From an uncultured Candidatus Saccharibacteria bacterium (GTDB lineage: Bacteria; Patescibacteriota; Minisyncoccia; Phycocordibacterales; GWA1-40-21): a stretch of DNA of 64,000 nt. Under the pieces are notes generated by a model. That model made no database searches. It saw nothing but the letters and a program-made list of their open reading frames with translations, and was not told the DNA's origin. Made by a program: the position numbers and the translations under genes. How positions within the stretch are numbered: the first letter of the stretch is position 1; every line of letters starts with the position of its first letter. The stretch is from contig CAZLRP010000002.1 in NCBI GenBank assembly GCA_964562105.1, positions 19,222 to 83,221 of the forward strand, given 5' to 3'. This document shows, piece after piece, positions 34,870 to 43,110 of the stretch.

Positions 34870-35880
34870 TCAGTCTGCGTCTTGTCCGCTATTGTCTGCA
34901 TCAGCATCTTGAGGCTTGCAGTTATTTTTTACTATGTAATCCACGATATCAACCATTCCATCTCCCGCGAATATATTTTCTATATTATACCAGGAATGTT
35001 TTACTCTATGATCTGTGACTCTATCCTGTAAAATATTGTAGGTTCTAATTTTTTCTGATCTATCAGCAGTTCCTATTTGATCCTTTCTTTCTCCGGCAAA
35101 TTTCTTGGCATCTTCTTCTTCTTTTTTCAATTCAATTTTTGCAATAAGAATAGACATGGCTTTATCTTTATTTTTTGCCTGACTTCTTTCCGCAGTTGAA
35201 CGAACATCAATCCCCGTCGGAATGTGAACTATCCTTACGGCAGTTTCAACTTTATTTACATTCTGACCCCCAGCTCCACCGGATCTAGAAAATTCCACAA
35301 GCAAATCTGATGGTTTTATTTCTATTTTCGATTTTTTTCTTATAGGCAAAACTGCCACTGTAGCGGTAGAGGTATGAACCCTTCCGGATTTTTCAGTTTC
35401 TGGAACTCTTTGGACTCTATGTACGCCTGTCTCAAACCTTAATTCCTTATAAACTTCTTTCCCTTTAATTTCAATTGATACTTCTTTATAACCCCCCAAA
35501 GATGATCTTGACTCATTTACAAAAGAGAAAGACCATCCTTTAAGTTCAGAAAATCTTTTATATATTTTTGCCAAATCTTCCGCAAAAATCGCCGCTTCCT
35601 CACCTCCCACTCCTGCTCGGATTTCCATAACTGCTTCATTTGGAAATTCATCCGCCTTTTCATCAACGGCGGTAATATTTTTCATTTGCTCCAAGAGATT
35701 TTCTTTTTGAGAAGCTATGCTTTTCATCTCTTCATCTGCCAAAGAAAACATGGCGGGATCTTTTTCAGCCATTTTTTTTATGGATTCTTCTTCATTTTCC
35801 AAACGAATATACTCTTCGGCTAAAAAAGTCGTTTTTTTATTTTTTCTAAATTCTTCTATTAATTCTTGATTTGGATTCAT
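34870..35880 (-). CDS. prfA: Peptide chain release factor 1
   Basis: GGQ motif (SGGAGGQNVNKVETAVRIVHIPTG) and RF1-type tripeptide region (RVQRVPETE). Start taken at the MNPNQ Met. Confidence 0.85.
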   Translation of the reverse strand: MNPNQELIEEFRKNKKTTFLAEEYIRLENEEESIKKMAEKDPAMFSLADEEMKSIASQKENLLEQMKNITAVDEKADEFPNEAVMEIRAGVGGEEAAIFAEDLAKIYKRFSELKGWSFSFVNESRSSLGGYKEVSIEIKGKEVYKELRFETGVHRVQRVPETEKSGRVHTSTATVAVLPIRKKSKIEIKPSDLLVEFSRSGGAGGQNVNKVETAVRIVHIPTGIDVRSTAERSQAKNKDKAMSILIAKIELKKEEEDAKKFAGERKDQIGTADRSEKIRTYNILQDRVTDHRVKHSWYNIENIFAGDGMVDIVDYIVKNNCKPQDADADNSGQDAD

Positions 35881-35951
35881 AATATAATGATAATATTTTA
35901 ACACACAATAATAAAACCGCACTTTAAAGCACGGCTTCATTATAAAAACAA

Positions 35952-36191
35952 CTATTTACCCGTTTTATTTTTTTTAATTTTTTTAACAGACGCTTTTGTT
36001 GCTCTGGCCTTGAATTTTTCCACTCTGCCTGCTGTATCTAAAACTTTTTCATTTCCGGTATAAAATGGGTGACAATTGCCACAAATTTCCACACTAATAG
36101 TCTCTTTGGTTGAACCAAAGTCATACGTCGCTCCGCAAGCGCAAACTGTTTTCGCTTTATTAAAATATTTTGGGTGTATATCTTTTTTCAT
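35952..36191 (-). CDS. rpmE: 50S ribosomal protein L31
   Basis: MKKDIHPKY...CACG...[10 protein letters not shown]. Confidence 0.9.
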   Translation of the reverse strand: MKKDIHPKYFNKAKTVCACGATYDFGSTKETISVEICGNCHPFYTGNEKVLDTAGRVEKFKARATKASVKKIKKNKTGK

Positions 36192-36192
36192 G

Positions 36193-36250
36193 TTACGAAT
36201 TATTATACTAATATACGAATTTATGCGAATGATACGAATGGCTACAAATA
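36193..36250 (-). promoter_or_regulatory. ATTCGTA heptamer array (motif copy C) abutting the rpmE start codon
   Basis: Reverse complement reads tttgtagccattcgtatcattcgcataaattcgtatattagtataataattcgtaac-ATG, nearly identical to copy A upstream of thrS. Confidence 0.55.
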
Positions 36251-36371
36251 TACACCATACGAACTATTCAGATGCAAGAATAGTACATTATTTTATAAAA
36301 AATACAAGAGCGGTTTTGGCTTCGCCAAAACCGCTCTTGTATTTTTTATTTTTCCTAAAAACTAGGACCTA

Positions 36372-37742
36372 CTATAGACTTAGAGTCTCAATATCCTTCT
36401 CAAACTGCAAGGCCCTTGTTAAAACCGATGCTCCGTAACCATAACGCATAGAATTTGAAAGTTTCGTGCCCTTTAAACTTAAGCCCCCATAATATTTTGC
36501 TGCAGAACACGACCAAAGATCATTTCTTTTTGTAAAGGCGGTTTTGCATCGATCCTGATTATCTTTGAGTAAAACTGCGGAAGCGGTAAAAGCAGCCAAA
36601 TTATTAAAAGGCGAAGGGTATGATACGCCTATAATATTGGAAACTCTAGTTGATATACTATCCCATGTAAGTGGCATAAATTGAGCGGGACCCATGGCAC
36701 CGCCGTAATTTCCGTCCCTACATATCGGGCAAGATATAGGAGTGGTATTAGCGTTCAAACCAAGATTATTCATTATTTCCAAGAAATATGGCTTTTGAGT
36801 TTCGGACATAACTGTTTTACCAGTTAAACACAGTGACGCCTGATTATATGTGCATTTGCCGATATTTTTTCCGATAGTATTATCTACGGCAGATTCCTGA
36901 AAAAGTACTGCAAGAATTAAAGCGGAATTTACGCCTATCGTGCTTTCATAAGGTTGAATAATTTTAAGCGCATTACCAAAAGATATTTCCTCACCGCTTG
37001 CGGTTTTGTACAGTCTATTTCTTATTTGATTTTTTAATTTTTCTTTCTCAGCAATAAGTTTCTGGTATTCCGTTTCCTTATTTTTTGTTATTGATAAAAG
37101 AGTTTGTTGTTCTGTCTTATAACTTTCGGTTGTTTTTTTCGCTTGCTCTTGTTCGTATTTCAATTTTGATTCTTGTGTTTGTTTCGTCTCCAAATCTTTT
37201 TTTTCTGTTTCGGACGTCTTTTTTATACCGGTAAGCTCTTGTATGAGCTCCTGAAGTTTTTCGTTTATAGTGGCATAATTATCCGTGTCTATAAAAAAAT
37301 TGGACAAATCTTTGCTGGACAAGAGCACATCAACAATCGATGTATCGTCCATAGCATAACTTTCCCTTATCATCTTTCCGATAGATTTTTTTATATCCTC
37401 CATTCTATCTGATAATTGACCTATGTATTTGGTTTTTGTAACGATATTATCACCTAATTGCTTAATTTTTGCGTTTTTTGCCTTTATTTCCAATTGTATT
37501 TTTGTTATTTTATAGTTTAAATCAGCTATACCCTGTTGTAATTGTGAAGAATACTGTTTTGTACTATTGAATTTATTATTTAAATCAGCAAGGTCGGCAT
37601 CACATTGAGCCGAAATAGCCTGTAATTCCTGGTCAGTCTTGCCATCTAAATTTGAATCACAAGCAACAGCCCAAGCTATTGCGGGAGATAAAAATAATAC
37701 AAAAGAAATAAATGCCAAAATTTTGTTTTTGTAATAACTCAC
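36372..37742 (-). CDS. Secreted coiled-coil protein with C-terminal lytic transglycosylase (SLT)-like domain
   Basis: Signal peptide, long coiled coil, ILAVLFQESAVD (SLT catalytic Glu context). Confidence 0.55.
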   Translation of the reverse strand: MSYYKNKILAFISFVLFLSPAIAWAVACDSNLDGKTDQELQAISAQCDADLADLNNKFNSTKQYSSQLQQGIADLNYKITKIQLEIKAKNAKIKQLGDNIVTKTKYIGQLSDRMEDIKKSIGKMIRESYAMDDTSIVDVLLSSKDLSNFFIDTDNYATINEKLQELIQELTGIKKTSETEKKDLETKQTQESKLKYEQEQAKKTTESYKTEQQTLLSITKNKETEYQKLIAEKEKLKNQIRNRLYKTASGEEISFGNALKIIQPYESTIGVNSALILAVLFQESAVDNTIGKNIGKCTYNQASLCLTGKTVMSETQKPYFLEIMNNLGLNANTTPISCPICRDGNYGGAMGPAQFMPLTWDSISTRVSNIIGVSYPSPFNNLAAFTASAVLLKDNQDRCKTAFTKRNDLWSCSAAKYYGGLSLKGTKLSNSMRYGYGASVLTRALQFEKDIETLSL

Positions 37743-37785
37743 AGTTATATTTTACTACATTTTATGGAGAAAAAACAGACATAAA

Positions 37786-37832
37786 TAATACAAACTAAAA
37801 AGGATTTTGCTTCGCGAAATCCTTTTTAGTTT
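37786..37832. other. Perfect 18-bp-stem hairpin (acaaactaaaaaggattt-tgcttcgcg-aaatcctttttagtttgt)
   Basis: Intergenic between gene 36372..37742 and rplY. Flanked further out by the imperfect IR cccccacaccattt / aaatggtgaggggg. Confidence 0.5.
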
Positions 37833-37970
37833 GTATTATTTCTTTTCTTCCCCCACACCATTTTCAAAGAATAAATATTATTATTTAATATTAAGATTTA
37901 TATGAAAAATATATTTTTGTCTTTATTATTCACATGTAAAAATGGTGAGGGGGCTGCGACAAAAAATTAA

Positions 37971-37994
37971 AAAATGCCCGAAAGGGCATTTTTT
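37971..37994 (-). terminator. Terminator aaaatgccc-gaaa-gggcatttt overlapping the rplY stop
   Basis: 9-bp stem with T-runs on both sides. Confidence 0.6.
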
Positions 37995-38682
37995 AATTTT
38001 TTGTCTCCGCTTTCTTTGGGGTTGCTTCTGGAGTTGCGGCTGCACCTTCTTCTCCCACTTCGCCTTCTTTAGCTTCCTTACCTTTCTTTTCTACTTCAAT
38101 TGCAGAAAGATCTACTGGAGCCACTTCTACAACTTCTTCTTTTGGTTCATATACTGAAGCAACTACATCTTCCGGCTTAACTTTTAACAAAACTCCTTCA
38201 GGAAGTTTTATTTTATCAGCTGTAATAACACTATCAAATGTTGCTAAGCTTGAAATATCTACTTCCAGCTTGTGAGGCAAATCTTTTGGCAAAGCTTCAA
38301 TTTCAACTTCGTGCATAACTTTTACGAGAATTCCTCCAAGATCTTTTACAGCCGGAGCAACTCCGATAAATTCAAGTGGAATTTTTATTTCAAGTTTCTT
38401 TCCTTTTTCAATAGCATAAAAATCAGCATGTCTTGGTTTGTCTGTAACAGGATCCAAATCCACATCTTTTATCAAAACATCAACATCAATGTCTTTCCCA
38501 TCAAGGTGTAATATTGTTGATTCTCCGGCTTCTTTTAGTGTTTTTTCAAAAATTGCATAAGGAAGCTGAATTGGAGTTGAAACTTCTTTTTTCCCATAAA
38601 AAACAGCCGGCATTTTTCCCGCTTTTCTGATTTCTGATAAGCTTTCTTTTAGACTTCTTTTTTCTACAGCTAATGTAATCAT
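37993..38682 (-). CDS. rplY: 50S ribosomal protein L25 / general stress protein Ctc, with acidic C-terminal extension
   Basis: ITLAVEKR...GKMPAVFYGK...ILHLDGKDIDVDVLIKDV. Confidence 0.8.
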   Translation of the reverse strand: MITLAVEKRSLKESLSEIRKAGKMPAVFYGKKEVSTPIQLPYAIFEKTLKEAGESTILHLDGKDIDVDVLIKDVDLDPVTDKPRHADFYAIEKGKKLEIKIPLEFIGVAPAVKDLGGILVKVMHEVEIEALPKDLPHKLEVDISSLATFDSVITADKIKLPEGVLLKVKPEDVVASVYEPKEEVVEVAPVDLSAIEVEKKGKEAKEGEVGEEGAAATPEATPKKAETKN

Positions 38683-38736
38683 AGAAACAACATTATACAT
38701 AAAATAAGCTTGTTAGCAAGCCAAATACATACTATT

Positions 38737-39324
38737 TCAGAAATGAATTATTGACTTTTTATATTTTGTCCAGAGATAAAACAAAATTAACAATTGAATT
38801 CCTGCCATCAAAAACATTGGCAAAGCGATTGTTTGTGGAAAAATTGCTGAATCAACAAAGCCAGATTGAAGATAAATAATAGATCCAAAAGGAAATATAG
38901 AAACTATTAAAGGGAGGAGGATCAATGGTATTGCAAAAAATAGCCAAACAGCATCAGGCAAAGATAAAGATTGAAAAAAATGTGGCGTGGATAAGTAAGC
39001 AAATATAGATAAAGCACATAAAATTACGAGTAATGTCCAAATTGCAAATACATAAAGATCTGACCTGCTTATTTTCTTTAATTTTGAAAAATTAATTAGA
39101 ATTTTCGCTATTACTACATATATTCCTACTTTAACAGAAAAGGGTAATATTTTGTCAACCAGAGAATAGCCAATGGGATCTCGGTTACAATACAGATGAA
39201 TTACTAAAAAAATATCAAAAATACTTGCGAGAAAGAAAATCCATATAAAAATAGTAAGAAACTTGGGTGATTTTACTTCATTTATTGTTGTTTGAATATT
39301 ATCACTGTTTAAGTTTTGATCCAT
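38737..39324 (-). CDS. Integral membrane hypothetical protein (about 6 TM)
   Basis: Hydrophobic helices throughout. Confidence 0.5.
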   Translation of the reverse strand: MDQNLNSDNIQTTINEVKSPKFLTIFIWIFFLASIFDIFLVIHLYCNRDPIGYSLVDKILPFSVKVGIYVVIAKILINFSKLKKISRSDLYVFAIWTLLVILCALSIFAYLSTPHFFQSLSLPDAVWLFFAIPLILLPLIVSIFPFGSIIYLQSGFVDSAIFPQTIALPMFLMAGIQLLILFYLWTKYKKSIIHF

Positions 39325-39447
39325 ATATGTTTATCTTTTATTAACTTATAAAATTAAAAATTCTCAGTTTTTCTTCTATCACTTTTTCCGACAAATCAAT
39401 TGCTGTAACATTTATGCCTTTTTCGGCAATCTATTTTATTTAACAGT

Positions 39448-40443
39448 TTAATATTTACCAATACGTGCCAAACTGTTTGACTTTGCAGCAGATAGAAGTA
39501 ATTCTTGTGCAGTTGTAATATCAGATGAATTTTTTGCCCAACTCATAAGGGCTTTGTTTTGTATTGCTCTTCCGTAAGAAAATGTAAGTGGCCATGGCAG
39601 TGGTGCATATTTATACATGGCATTTAAATTGAGAGACGCTTGTTCATCATCTTGTCCCCCTGACAGAAAAACGATACCACCAATCTCTTTTGGTACGTGT
39701 TCAATAAGACATTTTATTGTCATACCTGCAACATCTTGAGCTAGTGATTGAACAGTCGAATCCTTTCCAGAAATAACCATACTTGTTTTTAAAATCATAC
39801 CAGGGATAAAAATATTTTTTTCTTTAAGAGTTTTAAATATAATATCAAGATTTCGCGCAGTAACCTCAAGACATTTATTTATTGTATGATCACCATCCAT
39901 CAATATTTCTGGCTCAACAATAGGCACAATTCCTACACTCTGACAAAAATGTGCGTACTCGGCAAAAATGCGAGCATTTTCTTGCATGCATTCTTCACTA
40001 GGTGTTTCTGTACTTATATTATATATTGCACGCCACTTAGCGAATGTAGCACCCATCTTCTTATATTCATCTAAACGATCGGGAAGACCAATGAGTCCTT
40101 CAGTAATTTTATCTCCATCATGAGGTGGAAAATCTTTTGTACCCATATCTACTTTTATACCTATATCTATACCCTTTTCTTGTAAGACTGATGTAAAATT
40201 TTTTCCATCAATAGTTTTTTGACGTATTGTTTCGTCAAAAAAAATATAACCGGAAATATAATTTTCAATATCTGGTGCAGTTACAAGTAATTCGCGATAT
40301 TTCCTACGATTTTCCTCTGAGGGAATAATGCCAAGTTTTAGAAAACGTTTATTACATGTCGGTATACTTTCATCTATAGCAAGAATACCTTTAGGTGAAA
40401 GCATTAGGCGTGATATTGTTTCCGTTAAGTTTTTTGTATCCAT
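39448..40443 (-). CDS. fba: Class I fructose-bisphosphate aldolase
   Basis: KGILAIDES...; class-I FBA Schiff-base family architecture. Confidence 0.75.
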   Translation of the reverse strand: MDTKNLTETISRLMLSPKGILAIDESIPTCNKRFLKLGIIPSEENRRKYRELLVTAPDIENYISGYIFFDETIRQKTIDGKNFTSVLQEKGIDIGIKVDMGTKDFPPHDGDKITEGLIGLPDRLDEYKKMGATFAKWRAIYNISTETPSEECMQENARIFAEYAHFCQSVGIVPIVEPEILMDGDHTINKCLEVTARNLDIIFKTLKEKNIFIPGMILKTSMVISGKDSTVQSLAQDVAGMTIKCLIEHVPKEIGGIVFLSGGQDDEQASLNLNAMYKYAPLPWPLTFSYGRAIQNKALMSWAKNSSDITTAQELLLSAAKSNSLARIGKY

Positions 40444-40445
40444 AT

Positions 40446-40591
40446 TATTTACCCGAGAAAATTTTTGCCAATAAAAATTGTTTGTTTGACTTAATAACTT
40501 ACATCTATTATATCACATGACATAACAAAATTTGTACGTAGTAGAAACAACTAATTTTTAACAAACATTGGCAAAAACTTTAACGGGTGAA
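40446..40591 (-). repeat. Family-C TIR cassette copy (reverse orientation) abutting the fba start codon
   Basis: Ends atttacccgagaaaatttttgccaa (40446-) and ttggcaaaaactttaacgggtgaac (-40591). In gene sense the proximal end reads ...gcaaaaattttctcgggtaaataat-ATG. Confidence 0.65.
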
Positions 40592-40609
40592 CAAGTTTTA
40601 GAAATTTAA

Positions 40610-40642
40610 AAAAGCGGGTTTTGGGCAAAGCCCAAAACCCGC
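40610..40642 (-). terminator. Terminator agcgggttttgggc-aaa-gcccaaaacccgct
   Basis: 14-bp stem 3' of the DUF1653 gene. Confidence 0.55.
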
Positions 40643-40648
40643 TCCAAT

Positions 40649-40873
40649 TCATTTTTCTACAAATTCAAACCTTGCTTTTTTTGTTCCATCTGGAGCTATC
40701 ACTTCCCCAGTAAACATTTTCAGAGGCCTTGCCCAAAGTTTAGAAGTTTTATTATCATACATGGCTTCATAAAAAACCAAATCCTCCGGAGTTTCAGAAT
40801 GTTTTCCCTCACCGATTACTTTATAAAGATTTCCTGTTTTGTAATGTTTATAAATTCCCTGTTTTAATTTCAC
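40649..40873 (-). CDS. DUF1653-family small protein
   Basis: GIYKHYKTGNLYKVIG...EDLVFYEAMYDN. Confidence 0.55.
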   Translation of the reverse strand: MKLKQGIYKHYKTGNLYKVIGEGKHSETPEDLVFYEAMYDNKTSKLWARPLKMFTGEVIAPDGTKKARFEFVEK

Positions 40874-40885
40874 AATAAAGATAAA

Positions 40886-41293
40886 TTAATTTTTATAATA
40901 ATCTTCCTTGACTTCCTCTGGTTCTTGAAGAGAATTGTAGTCAATTAATATTTCTTCCCCTTCTTTTATATCCCGCGAGGCATAATAATCATAATCTTTG
41001 TTAAGAGCATTCGGAGTTTTAGAATGATTAAGATACCACCCGATTGGCATTCTCCCAAAATCTGCAGGACACATTAGTTTCTTCCCGAAATTAACACAAT
41101 AAGATTGAAATGGTTCGGGAATATCTTTAATATCAAAAAAACGCTCATTACTTCCTGTTTCTACTCCGGTTTTTTCATCTCCAAACAACCGCAAATATGT
41201 ATCTTTTGCGATATTATGTGTAGCAAAAACGCCAACGCCAAATTTTGAAGGTTTTAAAATAAAAGAAAATTCGTTTGTTGTGTTTTTATTCAT
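40886..41293 (-). CDS. SET-domain protein (putative protein-lysine methyltransferase), 135 aa
   Basis: GVGVFATHNIAKDTYL ... GWYLNHSKTPNA (NHSxxPN) ... GEEILIDY (ELxxDY-like). Confidence 0.6.
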   Translation of the reverse strand: MNKNTTNEFSFILKPSKFGVGVFATHNIAKDTYLRLFGDEKTGVETGSNERFFDIKDIPEPFQSYCVNFGKKLMCPADFGRMPIGWYLNHSKTPNALNKDYDYYASRDIKEGEEILIDYNSLQEPEEVKEDYYKN

Positions 41294-41305
41294 AATTTTT
41301 TAATT

Positions 41306-41376
41306 GTCATTCCCGTGCAGACGGGAATCCAGAATTAGTTTAATACAACCTAGATTCCCGCATCCGCGGGAATGAC
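41306..41376. repeat. Family-B REP-like element copy 2 (inverted core orientation), 12 bp upstream of the SET-gene start
   Basis: gtcattcccgtgcagacgggaatccagaattagtttaatacaacctagattcccgcatccgcgggaatgac. Confidence 0.7.
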
Positions 41377-41381
41377 ACACA

Positions 41382-42101
41382 CTAAATTCCTGACATTTCT
41401 TCCACCGCTTCTTTTATATTTTCGCTTTCATAAATCGCCGAGCCGGAGATAAGTTTGTTGGCTCCAGCTTCCACTAAATATTTGTAATTATCAAAACTGA
41501 CTCCCCCGTCTACGCTAATTGTGATATTCGGATATTTTTTTCTTAAATCGGAAATTTTTTCATATACTTCTTCATCAAACTCCTGACCTTGATATCCTAT
41601 TTTTTTAATTCCCATAAACTGGACAAAATCCGCAAGTGTTTTATCTTGCGCATTTGGTTCTAAAAATTCATTCAAAACTTCATTTGAAGTATCTATATTC
41701 AAAGCGATTCCTATTTCAACATTTATAAGAGAGTCTCCGGAATATCCATAAGTTTTTCTCAAATCTTTTACCAATTCCAAAATTTTTGGTGACGATTCAA
41801 TATGCAACACAAGTGCTTTTGCCCCAGCTTTTATCCATTTTTCTGCAGACTCTTCAGGATTTTTAATCATCAAATCTGCTTCAAAATCCATGTTCTGCCA
41901 AAATGGAAATCCTTCATCCTCTTCTGTAATTTTTTCAAAATGGTTTTCATAATCCCCTACATACGGCCAACTTTTTGAAGGAACAAATTTTCCATCACAA
42001 ATATCCACTTGCACCAATTTTACAACGCCTTTCACGGCAGACATCTTGCAATTAAGATCTTCGTATGATTCCGGTATTATTGCTGGAAGCACTTCTGTCA
42101 T
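41382..42101 (-). CDS. rpe: Ribulose-phosphate 3-epimerase family protein (with insertion)
   Basis: VQVDICDGKFVP and ISVDGGVS, the RPE signatures. Confidence 0.65.
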   Translation of the reverse strand: MTEVLPAIIPESYEDLNCKMSAVKGVVKLVQVDICDGKFVPSKSWPYVGDYENHFEKITEEDEGFPFWQNMDFEADLMIKNPEESAEKWIKAGAKALVLHIESSPKILELVKDLRKTYGYSGDSLINVEIGIALNIDTSNEVLNEFLEPNAQDKTLADFVQFMGIKKIGYQGQEFDEEVYEKISDLRKKYPNITISVDGGVSFDNYKYLVEAGANKLISGSAIYESENIKEAVEEMSGI

Positions 42102-42152
42102 AATTAATTTTAGAAAACTATTAGCGCTTAATTTTTTATTAAATTATTAAAA

Positions 42153-42854
42153 TTAGCGGGCACAATGAACATTACTACCCGGGTAACTTTTTCCACCATC
42201 GCCTACACTGCCACTCGTCATATAAACAAAGTAAGCAACATCACTATAAGTTTCCGCTGGATAAGTAGTTCCCGACCAATAGTAATCACCCAGAAAATTG
42301 GAATGGTCTTGACTATATTTAGCTACCAATTCATCCTTTGATGGGAGTCTCCAAGGTGCTCCATCCTTTGTCCCTCCGACAGATGAAAGACCGGCACAAG
42401 TTGTGCCTGCAGTGTACCAATCTGTATCATCGCCTGGCGTGTCAGTTGCATACCACTCCGTTGCTTGAGCCCCCACAAGAGTTCCAACAGAACTTGTTCC
42501 GTAAGAAGTGCCTGTAGCTACATTGCCTGGAATAAGGTTTGATGTGTTATAAGCTCCAGCTATTCCCATGATAGTAGTACCTGTTGTAATAGTACCAGAT
42601 GATAACGTTGGTATGGCGTTGTATATGTCAGACAGAGTATACATTGATGCTACAGGAGCTGATGTGGTGGATATGGAGTGAGTGGAAGTAGAGTATGTAT
42701 TCAGTATGATTTTGTTGTATATATCAGATAAAGTTACAAAGTTTGCTGTATCTGTGCTTACTGAAGGAGTAAGTGTACCGGCAAAGACTACTCCCCCAAT
42801 TACGAGAGTGGCTCCGAGGATATAGGAGAGAATGTGTTTGAGTTTAGGTTGCAT
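42153..42854 (-). CDS. Secreted Gly/Thr-rich protein with C-terminal DUF1566 (Lcl-like) domain
   Basis: Signal anchor. GAPWRLPSKDELVAKY...YYWSGTTY. Confidence 0.55.
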   Translation of the reverse strand: MQPKLKHILSYILGATLVIGGVVFAGTLTPSVSTDTANFVTLSDIYNKIILNTYSTSTHSISTTSAPVASMYTLSDIYNAIPTLSSGTITTGTTIMGIAGAYNTSNLIPGNVATGTSYGTSSVGTLVGAQATEWYATDTPGDDTDWYTAGTTCAGLSSVGGTKDGAPWRLPSKDELVAKYSQDHSNFLGDYYWSGTTYPAETYSDVAYFVYMTSGSVGDGGKSYPGSNVHCAR

Positions 42855-42967
42855 AATTAAAATAAAATTATTAATTTATACAGTTAATTATATCTTTTCT
42901 ATTTATGTATGGCAATGTTTTACAAGACAGAGTAAAAATTCACACGGAACAGGTATTCTGCTATACT

Positions 42968-43107
42968 TGACCCGTTAAAGTTTTTGCTGATGTGTTGAAA
43001 ATGAGAAGAAAAATAATTATCTTTTTTAAAGATAGTTTCTAGTAAAAATTTTATTTAATCGTTTAACATCAACACATTTTTGTCAGCAAAAATTTTCTCG
43101 GGTAAAT
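42968..43107 (+). repeat. Family-C TIR cassette copy abutting the asnB start codon
   Basis: Left end tgacccgttaaagtttttgctga and right end tcagcaaaaattttctcgggtaaat are mutual inverted repeats. Contains an internal palindrome atcttttttaaagat and a TTGTCA-17-TAAATT promoter-like pair at the proximal end. Confidence 0.65.
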
Positions 43108-43110
43108 TTT

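Noticed and set aside
36076-36438. Plus-strand ORFs overlapping the rpmE region and the ATTCGTA array
   Set aside because: Antisense to rpmE and to a repeat element; spurious.
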